From NCBI GenBank assembly GCA_022813965.1, contig JALDZS010000009.1, forward strand, positions 186,001 through 250,000: a stretch of DNA of 64,000 nt, given 5' to 3'. Positions within the stretch are counted from its first letter, which is position 1. Every line of letters starts with the position of its first letter. Made by a program: the position numbers and the translations under genes. The notes under the pieces are model-generated. The model was not told where the DNA came from. It did no database searches and saw only the letters and a list, made by a program, of their open reading frames with translations. The DNA is from Toensbergia leucococca (taxonomy: Eukaryota). This document shows positions 12,061 through 24,475 of the stretch, one piece after another.

Positions 12061-13347
12061 ATGAATTCCTTCTTACCTATCGCGGCCCCAGAGTGGCCAG
12101 ACTTCTATCATTGTGATGAATTCTATGGAAGACTGAATTGGGCGGATTGCGATTTCGCAGTGGCCCTATTGCCCAGAGGAGCAGCAACAGTTTCGTATGG
12201 CAATCAAGGGGGTGCTTCGACGTGGGAAATACCACAGACTGTTCATTTCGGTCAGTAGCGACGTCTGGCTAGGACTTATACTACTCTGGTCAGTGCTAAG
12301 ATTTTCATGAGGTGACTGTCAAGTTTCTTTTACCGCGGCCGGTCAAAATTGGCATGGAGCAGACTCTTTTCCATTTGTACCGGATCGAGTTCGAGAAATG
12401 GCTGGTTGGGTTGCAAGAAATTGCGCCCAATCATTAGGTGTCGGAGGCTTCATAACTAGCAACATCTCGAACACTGTGGATTATATCACTTCTCCCACTA
12501 CAGATCTCACTCAACAGCTTTACCGTAAGTCTAGATAGACATCTTCTTAAGACGTTGAACTGACGACATTTTCTGGTACGAAGCTGAGGACACGACGTTC
12601 TTCACTGTTACCGTTTCTGGAGTGACAGAAGACGATCTCGATTATCCAGGCGACTATGACCCCGTAACTGGAGCAGTCCTCTATGACGCTATCCATGGGG
12701 CACTACAAGCTTCACAATTTGGGTCGTCACTTTGGAATCATTTTTCGAGCGCCGCTAGCCTATTTTCCTCGCATTACGTGAGCATGACTCGTGGAGGCGG
12801 CCAGAGTTGGTATGGACCTACGCAGGAAACGGCCCTGGACGAGATGGCATATGAATGTGATGCCAAATTAGGAAACCCGCGTGAAGTTGACTGTAGCCAG
12901 CTCTTGTATTCCCAACTTGGAAACTCGTCCGAGATAATCGAAGTCGAGCCGGGCTCCGTCTTTTTTGTCCAGCAAAGCACCTGCATGGTTGCAATTAGCT
13001 CCATTGCATATGTAGCACTCACTTGGGGTATGATTGTGCCATACGTTCGTACTCTAGTCGAATATTGTGCCGAGAATCCACTGTGGGATTCAGTAGGCGG
13101 ACAGGCCTTTTTCAGCTCTGTGCCATCCTTGGTCGGAATAGGTGGCCGAAGAAAGAAGAGTAGGAGAAAGCGTGATGATACGGGACTAGAGGCCCTTCCC
13201 CATGGTGTGAACATCACGCTCTTTGGGCAGCTCGAAGATTTCATCAATGCCACGGCTGAGCTCGAGACGTGCACATGGCAGAATGCTTCGGGTGGTAAGG
13301 ACGTGAGATCTTGTCCCGTTCCGCACCATCGCCGACCGACCATCTGA
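12061..13347 (+). CDS. Hypothetical protein with two similar 4-Cys domains (Ecp2/KP4-like spacing)
   Basis: Exons 12061-12250, 12312-12524 and 12584-13347 splice in frame. Both halves show Y-x-C-D...DC...C...C...VGG. Start codon uncertain. Confidence 0.7.
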
Positions 13348-14374
13348 GCGACAAGAGTTCTTGCCGACGCCGGCGGTTGAGCTGAATGGGCTTGAGCAGT
13401 GAGGCCTAAGTTGGAACGATGACTCGAAAAACTTGAAGAGCATTGAAAGAACCGCATTTGAGACTGCGACTCCTGAGATGAGAATTTGAAGATGTATGGT
13501 TTCTTCGAACCCATCTTGACTTGTCTCCTTGAAAGACATGCTGGAGAACATGCTAGAGCTTGGGTTAAGCCGCGTAAGCCTGGTAGGATAGACTCAACAC
13601 GAACACTTTGAATATTCTTCGGTCTCCAATCGATCTTCCTCCGACACCTCTTGCGACGCTATGATCCGATCAGCAATGTGTCTTCTCTGCAACAGAAACA
13701 CAACATGACGAATCAACATATTTTACTTGCCCGTATTCCAAGGACGGACAGAGAAGGCAAAACAGAGCAGTAGCATGCAGACGGAGATTAGCTTGCGGGA
13801 GGCTCGGGCTCTCAGCTGAAAATACAAAGAATACTCATATTTCTCCAATTGCGTTGTCATCCAAGCCTGTCGCTTTGCTACCTATCATCCCTTCAAGCCC
13901 ATCTGTCTGACCTTCAATAAGACACGCAATTCTGACACTTCTGTTATGATAGCTTGGCGGAGATCCAAGTAGATCCGGGCATGGAGAGGCAGTGGTCGTT
14001 GATTCTGGCTTTGTATGAACTCGAGATTTAGGTCTTGGAGTATGCTGTAAATATGTTTTGGCTTATATACATGCTCTATGCCGACCTTGACTTGTACGGG
14101 TCAGTTGTCTATACTTCAAAATTTGGACTTCTATAACACCCACCTTTCTAGTGACTTGGGGAAATTGAAATTCAGAGACACACTCCGCAGACATCTCCGC
14201 AAATATGCGTGGCCTATGATAAAACAGACTCACTTCTGTTTCTTTAATAAAGTTGCATATTCTGATTCCTGTCTGTTTGGGCTTCGTCGAATTGATCGTC
14301 GAATGCAGAGCGCGCTCCATGACGCTTGCAATGATGTTTTGTCCGACTCCTTGACTGAGCATTTGCGGTCAAAA

Positions 14375-15075
14375 TCAACCTCGTCTTCCGTCTGGCCTAT
14401 AGCCAGCACCACCTCCGCCGCCTCTCAATCGTTCATCAATGCTCCAGAGCCTATCATCCAAATTCCGCAGCGATCTCTGAACTGCCTGTACGCATCTGTA
14501 AGATAGAGCATCAGCCCACCGATTCCATCCTTGGAGTCATCCATAAGCCTCATCACTCACACAAGCGCATCGTCAACCGTTTTGGCAATCCTTCGACTCC
14601 TAATCAGGTCCAGCCGCTGCGCCAAACCTACAATCTGACCTTTCGTCCTCAACCATGCAAAGCGCTGGGAAGCATCCAAACACTCATAGTCGGCCTTGAA
14701 AATCTCGATGGATTTGTCAAGATCGATATCATTGTCATCACGCTCCATTCTTAGAAACGGCCTCTCGAGCATTTTGAATTCCCGTACCATGTTTCTCATC
14801 GTATCGCTCAGAATCTCCAACGAGCCGGTCCCGTCATCGGCGTGGGACTCGGGGACCTTTGATTTATGTTGCCTCCTTCGGGCAACGCGCAGATGATCGC
14901 GTTCTTCGTAAAGGACTTGTTTTAGGTTGCCCATGTAGTCTTTGACTTCGCGGGAGGCGCCTGTGTAGGTACTGAAATTTTCCCAGAAGATGCGGAGGAA
15001 GGTTGCAAAGGTGAATGCAAAGGAAATGAAACCGATGACAGAAGATGCGAGAGATACTGGGGCTATAGGGGCCAT
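14375..15075 (-). CDS. Fungal hypothetical protein with N-terminal hydrophobic helix
   Basis: ATG 15075 MAPIAPVSLASSVIGFISFAFTFATFLRIFW. A GTGAGT..CAG intron (~14560-14489) leads to a last exon CVQAVQRSLRNLDDRLWSIDERL...RRG*. Confidence 0.75.
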
Positions 15076-16251
15076 TTCTTTATTTCTTTTTGCTTGGACG
15101 GGAACGAGTAGGGGGGTTTTTTGGAATGTAATGAATGCTGGATCAAGGAAAATCATACACACGCTGATAGAGAAAATGCAAAGAAAGGAAAGTAATGTGT
15201 CTACTCATATATGATATATAAGGAAACCATAGTTTCAATAGTGGAGCAGATGCCTTTTAAGCGCGGAAAGCCGCGGGATCGCTAGAATAAGATTAGCAGT
15301 GTTCCTCCCATTTATTCCTCCCATGACACCATCACAACCACCAGACCGCAAGTCCACCATGTGAACCTCGCTCGTGCATGTATCATCACTCTTACCAAGC
15401 CTTTCTGCGCTCCTTCTGCGTGTCCCAATCGGAAGAGTCTTGAAAATCAAGTCGCGTTGACTTTAGTTGTTATTGAACATGACCTCGCGACCACTTGACT
15501 GCCGTGACATGTATCGTTCCTGTATCCAAGTGTTCGTACATGCGCTTTTATTCGTCCTGCAATTCTCGTCATATGAATCTCGGTTGAGAAGATGACCTTT
15601 CGCCTGACCTTTTGACCAGCCTGCTTGGCCTGAATATGGGTTGCAGCGATTTGTCTGGATCACTTCTACCTCGTCAATCACCTGCTACAGATATCGCGGA
15701 GCCACTACAATCCACTCTGAAGCATTGTGACATGTCCTTCACCCAGGCATGTATTGTCAGATCACTTATTGACTTCTAGGATGAGAGCGCGTCATTCCAA
15801 TGCTCGTTTGAATATCTCACTCACCTGAACAATTCTGCATCCATCCAGCAACTTCAAAATGCTTTTCGAGAAAAATTAGAGAGAGCATCACTCACTGCAT
15901 TGATTGGTCGATTCAGATTCGGGCGATCAAGGATCTCTGATTAGCCTATAAGAATGGACACTTCCTTCATTGATCATCAGAGCGATCCGGTAAAACTCAA
16001 ATGGTACTGTTGAGAATTCGTCCGTTGAAGAGAGTTTTGACTTCAAATGCCTTCACATTGGGCTTGACCGTGTGAACTGGCGAGAAGAATAGGAAGGACG
16101 CCGAAGTTGCTGCTGTTTTCATGCTATTTCTTGTTGATGGCCTACCGTATGACCTGCCATGTAAGATATGACCGGCTTATGAGGTATTACTGATTTAAGT
16201 GGGATGGGTATAATTGACGTTTGTAGACTGAGGGTGTTTTGGCTTATGAAG

Positions 16252-16357
16252 TACTACACAAGGTATTACACAAGGTACTTTACGAGGTACTATACGATGT
16301 ACTACACGAGGTATCACACAAGGTATCACAAAGTACTACGTAAAGTACTGTGCAAGG
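16252..16357. repeat. Degenerate 12-bp minisatellite (TACTACACAAGG-like, ~9 copies)
   Basis: tactacacaagg tattacacaagg tactttacgagg tactatacgatg tactacacgagg tatcacacaagg ... read directly. Confidence 0.85.
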
Positions 16358-17309
16358 TGCCACCCTATCTACTCGAGATGACGATTTCAGCGTACGTATT
16401 CCTCCTATTCACCCTCACAGCACGTATCGTCGTTCTCATCGCAGTCAAGGACTTGTACGACATAACTCTGTGCATCGTATCCGGGGTATCGTTCTCTTTC
16501 TTCCTCTTCTTCTCCTTCTCCTTGATTGATGTAAGACCGGGAGCATTTATCCCTTCAGGTCTCCTTGTTCGATCATCCACTTATACACCTGAAATTTTCT
16601 TGAAGTAAGACTCAACACTCTCTAAGATGTGACTTGACCACAACATTCCGGCAATCAAAGACGATTTTGATTAGCCAGTAGACGACGAACCAAACAAAAG
16701 ACTATGATCTTATTGTGCAAGATCATTTTTATTCCAGTGGCTACTGCGATTGCGAAGTCCTTGCCGTTTCAAGATCCACAAGATACAATTACATTGGCAA
16801 TCTGTACAAACAATGTGCTGATATTTGGTTTCTAACAATTGCACAAGTTTTGCGTCGTCCAACGGAAAGAATTCAAAGTGATGATTATCACACAGGTGCT
16901 GCTGAAAATGAGGGATTTGAAGACTTCGAGACCAGAAAGGCTTGACAACCCATTTGCAAATGATAGCAAGTATGATGTTGCGCCTCTCTTCCATATTATG
17001 TGATATCGCTCGTCATTTTACACGCAACACACATCATACACATCTGGCTGAAATACTTTGATATGGCTATCACTCACTCTATGGCAATTCTTGTCTTGTT
17101 CTCTTCATGTCAGGCCGCTTATCTCTTTACAGGGGACTTGGTATTTTTATCTCCCGGTCCTTTGGTTCACCATTCATACACACACAGAGCCGGAAAGTTG
17201 GCTTCCTTTTCTTTCTAGGTTGGCATGACAGAATTCAGGTTGTAAAGGCTGTGTCTTGGACTGATTAGAGTGACAGAAGACAATAAAGGGTTGAGAAGGT
17301 CGAGTACAT

Positions 17310-18662
17310 AGAGATAAGTTAAAGACTGCAGCTAAAAATAACAGCACAGCAGGCTCCGAGGGGTCAATCGCTAGGGAAAGTGGGCATTATTTCTGGCTCT
17401 CAGCCTTATCATCTCTTGTGTAACGAAAGCCGGCGTGGATCCGCACCAACCCCTGATGACTGGGAGAAAGTCTTCAGGGGTGGATGCACAATGCCTCCCA
17501 GATAAACGAGGTACGATCTAAAGCTACGCCGGTTAAATCTGCTGGAGCTAGTAGATCATATGCACTTATGATATCAGTGCATTGAAATGGTCTGTTGAAG
17601 GAGAGGTAGAAAACAAACAAGACAAGTAGATAATGAAGAGTTTTGATGTTTAAGAAAATGAAAGAAACAGTATTAGGGTCAATCAAGTCTTCACATGATA
17701 GGTTCACATGACACAAGGACCCCATTTAATGCGATCTAGAGGAAGAAATATGGTCACAGAAATGTGGATGATCCGAGTACTTCAAAGCATCCGCGATGTA
17801 TCACTACGTCTTGCTGATGACATCACGGTTGTCTAGATAAGAGATAGGGTACTTCACAACTAGAATATCAGAGTATTGATTGGTCAGCACTCAACAGATG
17901 CACCAAGCACCAATGTTCCGGTCTAGTCAAAGTAAGATAATGACTAAGAGATTTTGGCCCATGGTACTCCTCGACTAGCTTCCTTGACAGCTTGACACTT
18001 TCAACAAATCAACTAACCATGGCTCCGTACTCCAGGTATTCTAGTCAATAATTTAGCTTGATGAAATTGAAAGGTGAAAGGCGTACAGGATGATGACTGC
18101 ATCATTAGTGAGGTGACAAGCCTGCCTGAGATGATGCAGCTGGCCCGGTGGCCGGGTGGAGGGATTACCTATTAACCGTTGACCTGCCTTAGCCTTATCT
18201 GCAGCTACGATTGCCCTAAGGACCCTAAGGAGCGGTGCAGCGTTGAAATAAGGTAACCGGACACGTTCTCCTTTTGGCTATCTGTGCACTGCGATTGGTG
18301 GAGACGCTTCTTCACCACATTCACCCCGTCATTTATCATCTTTTCCTGATTTCACTCTGTGCCGTCCGTCTCGATATGTCAAGAAAAGGCGAAGGCACGA
18401 TAAGCCTCGACCTTCTCATTTGTTGCCTGCTCGTGTATGGCGTGTCGAGCCGTGGCAATCGACTTCACATGGTATTGATCCATGGTATTTACCAATCTGT
18501 TTTGCCTAGGTATGCCTAGATATGCCCACACCCAGCCCATGGCGGGCAGGCACTGGGCCAGATCAGTCGAAACCTCACCACCACCACCCTCACAAATTCG
18601 AGGCCCAAACTAGGAGATACGCGAGGCGTGGATCAGTCACGTAGTGAATTCACCTTATCTAC
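17310..18662 (+). promoter_or_regulatory. Multiple GATA (HGATAR) sites upstream of the ammonium transporter; putative AreA/NIT2 nitrogen control
   Basis: GATAAG/CTTATC at ~17313, 17405, 17836, 18194, 18399 and 18655, plus GATAAA/GATAAT near 17501 and 17936. AreA-type control of MEP genes is established, but these sites are untested. Confidence 0.45.
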
Positions 18663-18737
18663 AAAATCACTTACCCTCTGCACATAATACCCGGCGAACA
18701 TCTCCCTCCCTCTCCCTCACGAACAACAACAACAACG

Positions 18738-20276
18738 ATGGCGACCATCAACTCGACAAACAGTCCTCTCACTCCTGACTGGCTGGACACGGGTGACAAT
18801 GCTTGGCAGCTCACAGCCGGTTCATTGGTCGCCCTCCAGAGCATTCCCGGTCTTGTCGTTCTCTACGCAGGCTGGGTCAAGCACAAATGGACCATCAACT
18901 CAGCCTTCATGGCTTTCTACGCTTTTGCCGCCGTCATGATATGTTGGGTCTTGTGGGGATATCACATGGCTTTTGGCACTCAAATGCTTCCCATTGTCGG
19001 CTATCCGAGCATCGCCGTCGACATTGGCTGGCAGCTTTCGCAGTCAAACCTGCCCGCCGCCAACCTCACTCAGAATTTTCCCTCAGCAACCATGGTGTAT
19101 TTCCAGTTTGTCTTCGCCGCCATCACTCTCATCTTGACCGCCGGATCCTACCTTTGTCGGATGAACTTCACCGCGTGGATGATCTTTGTCCCCCTCTGGC
19201 TCACCTTCTCATACACTGTCGGTGCATTCAGTATCTGGGGCGGAGGCTTTCTTTTCCAACGAGGTGTAATTGATTACTCTGGTGGATACGTCATTCATCT
19301 GTCTTCGGGAACTGCAGGTTTCGTCGGCGCATGGTGGATTGGCCCTCGCCTAGAGTCAGATCGCGTCGATGCAAAACCAAGTAATATCACTCTTATGCTG
19401 GTCGGAGCGGGTATTCTATGGACTGGGTGGAACGGTTTCAATGGTGGTGATCCATATGCTGCCAGCCCTGACGCGGGTGCTGCAGTGCTCAACACTAACA
19501 TCGCCACCTCCATGAGTCTCCTTACTTGGGTCACTATGGACATTATATTCTTCAAGAAACCTTCGGTAATAGGCGCTGTTCAGGGCATGATTACTGGCTT
19601 GGTTGCCATCACCCCGGCAGCTGGTGTGGTCGCAGGTTGGGGCGCCATTCTTTTGGGATTGGGTTCTGGCACCATTCCATGGATTTCGATGAACGTTGTT
19701 GGAAGGACCGATTTCATGCGGCAAGTCGATGATACGCTCGAAGTATTCCATACGCATTTCGTGGGAGCCATTGTTGGAGGCATTGGAACAGGTAAGCTGT
19801 GAGCTTGCTGAAGTGAAGCTTTTTAATTAACAAATGTATCTACAGGTCTCTGGGCAACACCCGTCGGTTGTGCAGCTTTTGGCATCACCAACAACGGCGG
19901 CGCCATATCAGGGAATGGCAAGCAGGTCTGGCTCCAACTTGTGGGCGCCTTATTTATCATCGGCTGGAATATTGTCTGGACTTCTTTGATCATGTGTTTC
20001 ATCAAATACGTCTGCCGCGTGCCTCTACGCATGCCGGACGAGATACTGGAAATTGGCGATTTCGCCGTCCACGGTGAAGACCCATACACTTTCGCCTATT
20101 ACAACCGGAGCCTGCTCAGCGATGGTCACGGCCTCCACGGCGAACCTTCGCGGAAGAATTCGAGCGATCCCGAGAACAATTCAGGCTCGGGGATCATCAT
20201 GGGCACGAATCCTGAGGAGCAGAAAGGGATGGAAAAGAAAGGGGATCCAGACGGTCCGCATCCAAAATCGAGTTGA
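18738..20276 (+). CDS. Ammonium transporter (Amt/Mep), plant AMT2-like MEP-alpha type
   Basis: [68 protein letters not shown] (twin His retained). One intron, 19792-19845. Confidence 0.93.
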
Positions 20277-21010
20277 GAGTGTTTGGGGTGGGTTGAATTG
20301 GAGGGGCTAGTCTAATTTATTCAGGTGGTTTTTCTTCGGGAGACGTGAGGGTGCTGCTAGTGGTGGCCCATTGCAGGGAGCATAGACTGCTTGTGTACGA
20401 TGGCTTTTGGGTATTCTTGTATTTTTAGGGGAACACTTGATACCTACAGCGGCCGGGGCCCTCGAGCCTTTTTGTGTCTACATAATTTTTGAAATCAAAA
20501 AGATTGGGAAATTTTATTCCAAGCTCTAACAGCTCGGTTTTTTTTTAAAATTGTTGTAATAAATGAAAGCTTTTTGCCTAGGTATGCTGCTGCAGTGATG
20601 TAAGTAAATTGTTTTTATTTTCTTGATTTAATGAGAGATGTGAGTATATCTGAATTTTTTTTTTTTTAAATAACTTGAGATTTTTTTGGAGGGGATTTTG
20701 ATTAAGGTAAGGGCTGAGTTAGGTAGGTAGAGATGTATATTACCTAGATTGATTGTTTTTTTTTTTTTTTTTTTTTGCTGAATTGAAGGTCAGAGTTTGT
20801 TTTGAGGGATTCTGAGAAGGAGAATAAGGGGAGGGAAAGTTGGTATGACACTTATTTGAGTTGTGTGATGTGAAGATAAGATCTCTTTTTAGCTAAGGGC
20901 GGCGATCTTATGATATCTCCTTCACTAGTGACTTGTTTAGTCTCATGTGAACTGATAGTATCATTTCTAAAATAGATGCTGTGGTGAGTGATAGGTTAGC
21001 TAAAAACATA

Positions 21011-21071
21011 GGAATAGATAAGAGAGAGGGAACAAGAGAGAGGGAATAAGAGAGAGGAAATAAGAGAAGGG
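21011..21071. repeat. Purine-rich ~14-bp tandem repeat (ATAAGAGAGAGGGA x4) within a T/G-rich low-complexity intergenic tract
   Basis: Read directly. Poly-T runs lie nearby at ~20538, ~20655 and ~20756. Confidence 0.7.
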
Positions 21072-21701
21072 TGTGACTGCTGTGCAGATTGTGAGGGGGT
21101 TGATGAAGATGAGTTTGTGTGATGACAGATGAATACTTTTTTGGTTGAAAGAGATGGTTTGAAAAAACTTGGTTCAGAGTTTAATCATGTGATGAGGTGT
21201 ATATCTCCTGATCAAAAGTATAATAATAGTGTTAGTATGATTGATGAGAACACTAAGTTTGAGAGAGGGGTGAGCTCGCTACACATATCTAGGTGTTGCG
21301 CTGAGTCAAGTGAGGTGGCTAGGCTCTGATGCGTCATGGTGCCTGGTGGAGGATTTCTAAAATAGTCTTGAGCATACACGAGCCGCCATTTTCAGAGGGG
21401 TGGATTTCTTTGCAGTAGAACTCCTATTTTTTGTTTTCTCATTAGGAAAAAAAAAAGGGAATGGTGAGGCTGAAAGGTATGGGATTGAACAAGAAGGGTC
21501 CTGCCTTTTTTTATTTTGGGTGGGGGGTTGGAGGGCAACGAAATAATTGAATGGCGCTGGGACTAAATGGAGGAAATGTGAAGATGAGTACTCTGGGTGG
21601 GAAGGAAGTTATGTTGCGCTTGATATGCTCACGAAGGAATCAACGGATCTGATGACAACAAGAGAAAACAGAGGGTGCAAATGGTCCGCATTGCGCGTCA
21701 T

Positions 21702-22622
21702 CTAAGAAGCCGCACTCAACCCGCTCTTCTGCACCACAAAACTTGCCGCCTGGGTAGCATTATTCCCATAACTAAGATGCGCCGCCGTAATTGTGTACGC
21801 TATCACAAAAATATCAGCCCCGCAACGCCTCACTCCCTTCTAGCAAAAAAAAAAAAAAAAAAAACAGAAGAAAAACAAAAACAGGGGGAAACGAAGAAGG
21901 GGGGAAAAAAGACTCACTCCCGCTTCCGTTACAAACATCATCCCCAGTAGCACAAATCTCCAAAACTTTACTGCTGGGAATACTGCCGACCTTCTGCCCG
22001 TTGAACGGGTCACCAAACAAGACCACGCTGGAGATAGCGGATGTCTGGGTGGTGGAAAGCGAGGTAGCGGCGCCGTGGACGACTTCGCCGCCTTGGGAGT
22101 AGCCTGAGAGGACGATCTTGGTGGTGGGGCATTGGGAGAGGGCTTGTGCGACTAGGTCGACCATTGTGGTGCTGCCGTTGCCGCCTTCTGTTGCGATAGT
22201 CTGATGGGATAGGGTAAGTCATCGAGTTGAGTATTTGTTAGGGTTGAGTAACTTACTGCAGCCGTTGCGGGATAATCCACACCCTGCGCGGCGACCTGGC
22301 TAACGCCGAGATCGGTTTTGAGAGCGGAGATGAATGGAGGGCCGGCCACGCTTCCGACATTGCCTGGCTCAGTGGTCCCACGGGCAAAGATCACAGTCAA
22401 GGCTTTGCAGCCGGCGTCGTTGAGGATGTCGTTGTCTGTGCTAGAGCTTGAGGATGGAACAGTTGACGGGCTAACAGGTGCAATTGATGGGAAGGTAGGG
22501 AAACCTGGGAAGGAAACAGTTGCCCTTGTATCCAAGGCTTCGTACTTCTGATGGCCGGTAAGTGGAATTGAATAGGCGGTTGCTGCGAGAGCAAAGAGGA
22601 TTGTAGAAGCTGTGGTCTTCAT
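21702..22622 (-). CDS. Secreted cutinase (CE5)
   Basis: Signal peptide MKTTASTILFALAATAYS; IFARGTTEPGNVG; nucleophile motif GYSQG; CATGDDVC; final exon AHLSY supplies the His. Exons 22622-22257, 22200-21918 and 21799-21702. Confidence 0.93.
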
Positions 22623-24475
22623 TTCGATGGTCTGGAGGTAGGGACTAATTGAAAATCAAGATGGAAACGTGGATTGAGACCTGCTGGAATTCACGGTATT
22701 CAGAAAAGACTGTGTTGATGCGGTCGAAGAGAGGAAAGGAATAGAATGCAATATATACAGTATCACACGACGCGTAAAGGAAGCACAGAAGCACAGCCGA
22801 AAAAGAGACAAAGTGATGAGAATTGCTAGATATGACTACCTCGGCATCAAGAGGTCAGGGTTTGGACAAGGACTAGCAATTGGAGGCGAGGGATGGGCTT
22901 GAACGCCATGATAGACAGGGTAACACATTAGCAATTACAGAAGACCCTAATCAATCCTTGGATGGTAGATCCAACATACTAGGAGTAGATAACCGACGGT
23001 AGATGAATCATAATAGGAAAAGTTTTCTGTTCACGTTCAGACCTCTTTGGTAGGTTCTCACATGATCACATCAATGTCTCTTGCATTCAACACCAGCATT
23101 TTGGCACACATACATATTCAAACAGGGATCCTATGTTGAGGGTATATTATCTCTGAGACAGGGACAGGAAGCAGGACCCATGAGAAATGTGACAGGTACC
23201 AACTGGCTGGAATATGATGACGAGAAGTCGATTCAAGCTTTCAAGAGGGACCTTAGCACAGCCATATGATCAATCCTTGAGGCCTGTCGTAGGCTGACAA
23301 AGTTGCAGTATCATCTGGTACTTGGATCGTGGACCTGTCAGGCCGAGGAACTCTTGACTGCCGGCGCTACGAGAATGCTGAACCACGGTACAGCAAGCCA
23401 AGCGAAGCCAGGCTGAAATTAATCATTCCATGAATCATTTGCTAATTTCCAATCATGGAGATAGTGAGACGGTGATTGGTGAGAGCTCCAACTGTCGTTC
23501 ACAAAAAGTAATTGCAGGACGGCCCCATCTGCCGCTAACCGCGAGCTAAGGCCGGCAGAGCCTCCAAGGTACCGAGGAAGCCAAGTTTCAGGGAAGCGAG
23601 TGAAGTGTTTGCAATCTTCAGGTTGAAACATCGTGGACATTTCAGGGCTAGACCAAGGATTGTCCATGGAAGGGTGGAAGGATGAAGGATGAAGGGTGGA
23701 CCATGAAATGCCAATCACAGTCCCAATCACAGTCCCAATCACACCGCGTGCATACAGGATAATGCACCAATTCTACGCCAAGACCATATGTAAGTAGATT
23801 GTGATTGTTAACAGTCAATTTAAACTTATTCGATGCTACCTATGAAGCTCAGCCTTTGTACGTTGTACGCTGAACGTATGACTGCTCTGTGCTTTGATTT
23901 GGACGTCCGGTATTGGCTCCGAGTCACAGCCCAGGGCAACCTATTGATCCAAGACCTGTGTTGTAAGACTGTCAATGATTGCTCTATTGATATTCGCTAT
24001 CATATTTCTGGAGCATGCTTACCACAATCATTTGCTATAGCTCTATCCAATGATTCCTGAAACCCTTTGATGAATCCAATCTCACCCACTTGAACACTGT
24101 GTTCACTTGGCCTTGACCATGGTATCTTGTATCGACGGGTGGCCCTCGATATACAATGCACAAGTGCCGGCAGAAGATAGGAATTGCATATTACTCAATC
24201 TTCTCTGTCGACGCGAAGCTCGGTTGCAAAATCAAAGTGCCTTGCTCTGGTGTCGATTGCGCTTTCCAATATATCAAGTACCAATGCACAGGGAAGTTCG
24301 CATTACCTTACTTTAGACGCGCGACGAAAGTACAAGCGTAGCCGATGTCGATCATGGTATCGTTATTGACAGGAATTCTAACCCATTTGTGAGGGGCGCT
24401 TAGAGTCTTTCTGCGCCGTGACCTTGACAGACTATGGCTGTACTATGCTGGCTGAAAGGCAAAACCCTAATCCCT

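Noticed and set aside
12774..13514. 246-aa minus-strand ORF
   Set aside because: Mostly the antisense shadow of the spliced + strand gene; no recognisable motif.
13350..14506. Coding-like fragments on both strands
   Set aside because: Could not assemble a consistent spliced model or recognise a family.
16204..16608. ORF with YYTR repeats
   Set aside because: It is the translation of the 12-bp minisatellite plus low-complexity sequence; no coding evidence.
16700..16945. 76-aa + strand ORF, possible gene relic
   Set aside because: No ATG-supported model or recognisable domain.
24107..24369. Short Cys-containing ORFs downstream of TUL1
   Set aside because: Overlapping ORFs in all three frames and no valid zinc-finger spacing.
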